From: Giardia intestinalis
Lineage: Eukaryota
Length of the DNA stretch: 64,000 nt
Assembly: GCA_000002435.2 (NCBI GenBank)
Contig: CM018790.1
Strand: one strand, 5' to 3'
Below the pieces are notes generated by a model. It had not been told where the DNA came from and did no database searches. It worked only from the letters and a program-made list of their open reading frames with translations. The translations under genes and the position numbers were made by a program. The first letter of the stretch is position 1. The number at the start of each line of letters is the position of its first letter. Of the stretch, positions 62,328 to 64,000 are shown in pieces.

Positions 62328-63002
62328 ATGGCTCTACCAACCTTATTCTCAGCAAATTCGTCAACCATCCTAGGTCGTATTGAGCGTTACCTTAAACATG
62401 CGTGCTGGAAGTGTGGAACCAAGCAGCCCGTGACTATTCTCTGTAGCGGCTGTGGAGCTCTTCAGCCCATCTCTCGGCCAACCAACTACTTCAAGCTTAT
62501 GGGCATTTCAGAGACATATGACATAGATCTGAAGAAGCTCAAACAGCGATACAATATGCTGCAGGCAAGAATACACCCAGATGTTATTGGCAAAGAGGTT
62601 AGGACACCTAACGCGCCGCCAGGGCTCCTCCAACTGGCTGAGAGCCTGTCATCGGAGGTGAACCATGCACATGACGTTCTCAAAGATGACATGCGGCGAG
62701 CGGAGTACCTGGCGTCTCTGTACAATGTCTCAGCGTCGGCGGCCTCCCCGGCCCTCTTGATTGACCAGATGGTTCTCCGAGACCAGATAGCCTCTTTCCA
62801 TCATAAGAAAAATGCTAAGAAACTATCTGAAATGCGCCACGCGCTGACCAAACGCTTTTCTGATTGCTCGGAGCTCTTCGGAAAGGCGCTAGCAGAAAAA
62901 GATTCGAACCAAATGGCGAGTTTACTATGTGAAATGAGATTCCTGACATCTACCTTAGATGAACTCAAGGGCCGTATGAACACCTTGGACATAGAAGAAT
63001 AG
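62328..63002 (+). CDS. HSCB: Fe-S cluster co-chaperone HscB/Jac1 (J-type co-chaperone of the mitosomal ISC pathway) with an N-terminal tetracysteine zinc finger
   Basis: CWKCGTKQPVTILCSGCGALQ zinc finger (compare eukaryotic HSCB CWxCG...CxxC). A J-domain-like segment follows (NYFKLMGISETYDIDLKKLKQRYNMLQARIHPD), then the HscB C-terminal helical-domain signature MRRAEYLASLY. The ORF-track start at 62313 is TTG; ATG at 62328. Confidence 0.75.
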   Translation: MALPTLFSANSSTILGRIERYLKHACWKCGTKQPVTILCSGCGALQPISRPTNYFKLMGISETYDIDLKKLKQRYNMLQARIHPDVIGKEVRTPNAPPGLLQLAESLSSEVNHAHDVLKDDMRRAEYLASLYNVSASAASPALLIDQMVLRDQIASFHHKKNAKKLSEMRHALTKRFSDCSELFGKALAEKDSNQMASLLCEMRFLTSTLDELKGRMNTLDIEE

Positions 63003-63026
63003 GCAGCATGCGATCTATCTAGCAAT

Positions 63027-64000
63027 TCAAGAAAGGGACCTAATCTTCTCTCGTTGGGCCGCAGTCAGGCGTGATTCATTAAGTGACGAGAGCGTAGTCT
63101 TAGGAACACGCGCCTTGGCCACTCCAATGACTAGTATATCAACTAACGCGTCCATAGCATATGCCTTGATAGACAGCTCGGAGGCTATCTGCACTAGCGT
63201 TTTACAGACAGCAATCCAGTTCTCCTTTTCCTTTAGTAGAGTATCCAGAATCCCCTTCTCTGCAGCAGTACACATGTTCTTGATAGCTGCTATTGACAAT
63301 TCAATGCACTGAATGTTCCCCTGGGTTTGCACATACTCTATCAGAGTAGCCAAGAACCCAAAGATCATAGGGCATCCCGTCCTTCCTACACCAGCAATCG
63401 TGACTTCGTTGCTCAACAATGTCTTGAGGAGGATGATGTAGGAATGTGCGAGAGTTAACACAATGGTGCACTTACTAACCATAATAGTCTTAAAGAGAGC
63501 AGAGTTCTTCGCCAGATATTGACATATGTTCTCAGAATCCTGCTCATCTGAGCACGACTCAGCAAATACAGTAACAATTTCCACAGGACGAATTATCTGG
63601 CCTGTGATTTTCTCGCTGTCCAACGAAATATCTATGGAAGTTCCTTGCTCCTGCCCTGCTTTCATCAGTTCTGTGAAAAAGCTCTTTATGGCCATGTCTA
63701 CCTTATTAATGTACACCCACAGGTGCTCATACACAAGGTCCTTGTCAGCCAGCGCGATGTACGGAGTTAGGGGGAGGAGTATAAAGAAGAGCCCCGGGTA
63801 GGGGCCACTTTTGTACAGGTCAATCAAAAGGTGCAGCATGGCAGCGCTCTCTAGCAGAACGTTGGAGAACTCTAGTGGAAAGCTTCCAAAGAATATTGTG
63901 AATACCCTTCCAAACAGCTGCAGCAGGTCGGGTTCATTGTTGTATGAAAAGGCTATCTCTTTAAAGCGGTTCATCAGGGGCTTCAGTGCTTGAATGTGAT
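63027..64000 (-). CDS. Hypothetical alpha-helical protein, probably 5'-partial because the frame stays open to the window edge
   Basis: In-frame ATG at 63974, but no stop between it and position 64000 on the minus strand, and no AT-rich initiator upstream. Coding-like composition throughout. Confidence 0.5.
   Translation of the reverse strand, partial: HIQALKPLMNRFKEIAFSYNNEPDLLQLFGRVFTIFFGSFPLEFSNVLLESAAMLHLLIDLYKSGPYPGLFFILLPLTPYIALADKDLVYEHLWVYINKVDMAIKSFFTELMKAGQEQGTSIDISLDSEKITGQIIRPVEIVTVFAESCSDEQDSENICQYLAKNSALFKTIMVSKCTIVLTLAHSYIILLKTLLSNEVTIAGVGRTGCPMIFGFLATLIEYVQTQGNIQCIELSIAAIKNMCTAAEKGILDTLLKEKENWIAVCKTLVQIASELSIKAYAMDALVDILVIGVAKARVPKTTLSSLNESRLTAAQREKIRSLS

Noticed and set aside
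146-62364. ORF-track start coordinates at 146, 6850, 6951, 10328, 21282, 25417, 37083, 60627, 62313 and 62364
   Set aside because: These positions are GTG or TTG, not ATG. A eukaryote needs AUG, so I moved the starts to the first in-frame ATG that carries an AT-rich upstream (485, 6835, 6963, 10430, 21279, 25291, 37080, 60576, 62328, 62307).
1-64000. CRISPR arrays, operons, prokaryotic mobile elements
   Set aside because: The sequence is eukaryotic (Giardia-like). No short direct-repeat/spacer array is present. The only large repeats are the inverted duplication and its junction fragments.
1-64000. tRNA genes
   Set aside because: Quick scan of intergenic regions for GGTTCGAATCC-type T-loop boxes found nothing convincing. 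A proper tRNAscan run is needed, so absence is not established.

Overview
This is not a prokaryotic window. It reads as compact, intron-poor genome of the diplomonad Giardia (G. intestinalis-like). The sequence-level evidence is: (i) three cysteine-rich surface-protein genes with CXXC repeats, GGCY motifs, an N-terminal signal peptide, one C-terminal transmembrane helix and the invariant ...CRGKA* tail, which is the VSP signature; (ii) very short AT-rich initiator regions directly abutting each ATG (e.g. aattaaaaagttaattaaaaaATG); (iii) AGTRAAY polyadenylation motifs 10-25 nt after stops; (iv) members of the Giardia 'protein 21.1' ankyrin-repeat family; (v) genes packed tens to a few hundred bp apart on both strands. 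The supplied ORF track treats GTG/TTG as starts, so for several genes I moved the start to the first in-frame ATG that carries an AT-rich initiator. Positions 1-37080 and 55283-64000 are ordinary dense housekeeping genes: MORN protein, aldo-keto reductase, CDP-alcohol phosphatidyltransferase, PP2C, acyltransferase, PGK, IFT38/CLUAP1, proteasome alpha, Rab-GDI, ankyrin 21.1 proteins, IFT172-like WD40/TPR protein, AMPK beta, SUN-domain protein, HscB/Jac1 co-chaperone, and several hypothetical alpha-helical proteins. Between them sits an ~18 kb gene-poor island (37084-55282). Its core is a near-perfect 7.0 kb inverted repeat (arms ~37327-44322 and ~46032-53027, symmetric about ~45177) separated by a 1.7 kb T-poor, GC-rich spacer. 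Each arm carries an identical 628-aa VSP gene, and the two are convergent (tail-to-tail). Partial copies of the arm-terminus sequence recur near 37190 and 54886-55153, and a fragment lies at 53781-53800. A truncated-looking ankyrin gene lies between those copies. A third, solitary VSP gene (10430-11689) lies downstream of a 2.1 kb GC-rich non-coding island. The inverted VSP pair, which could form a hairpin RNA, is the most interesting structure in the window. No rRNA, tRNA or CRISPR features could be supported by eye.
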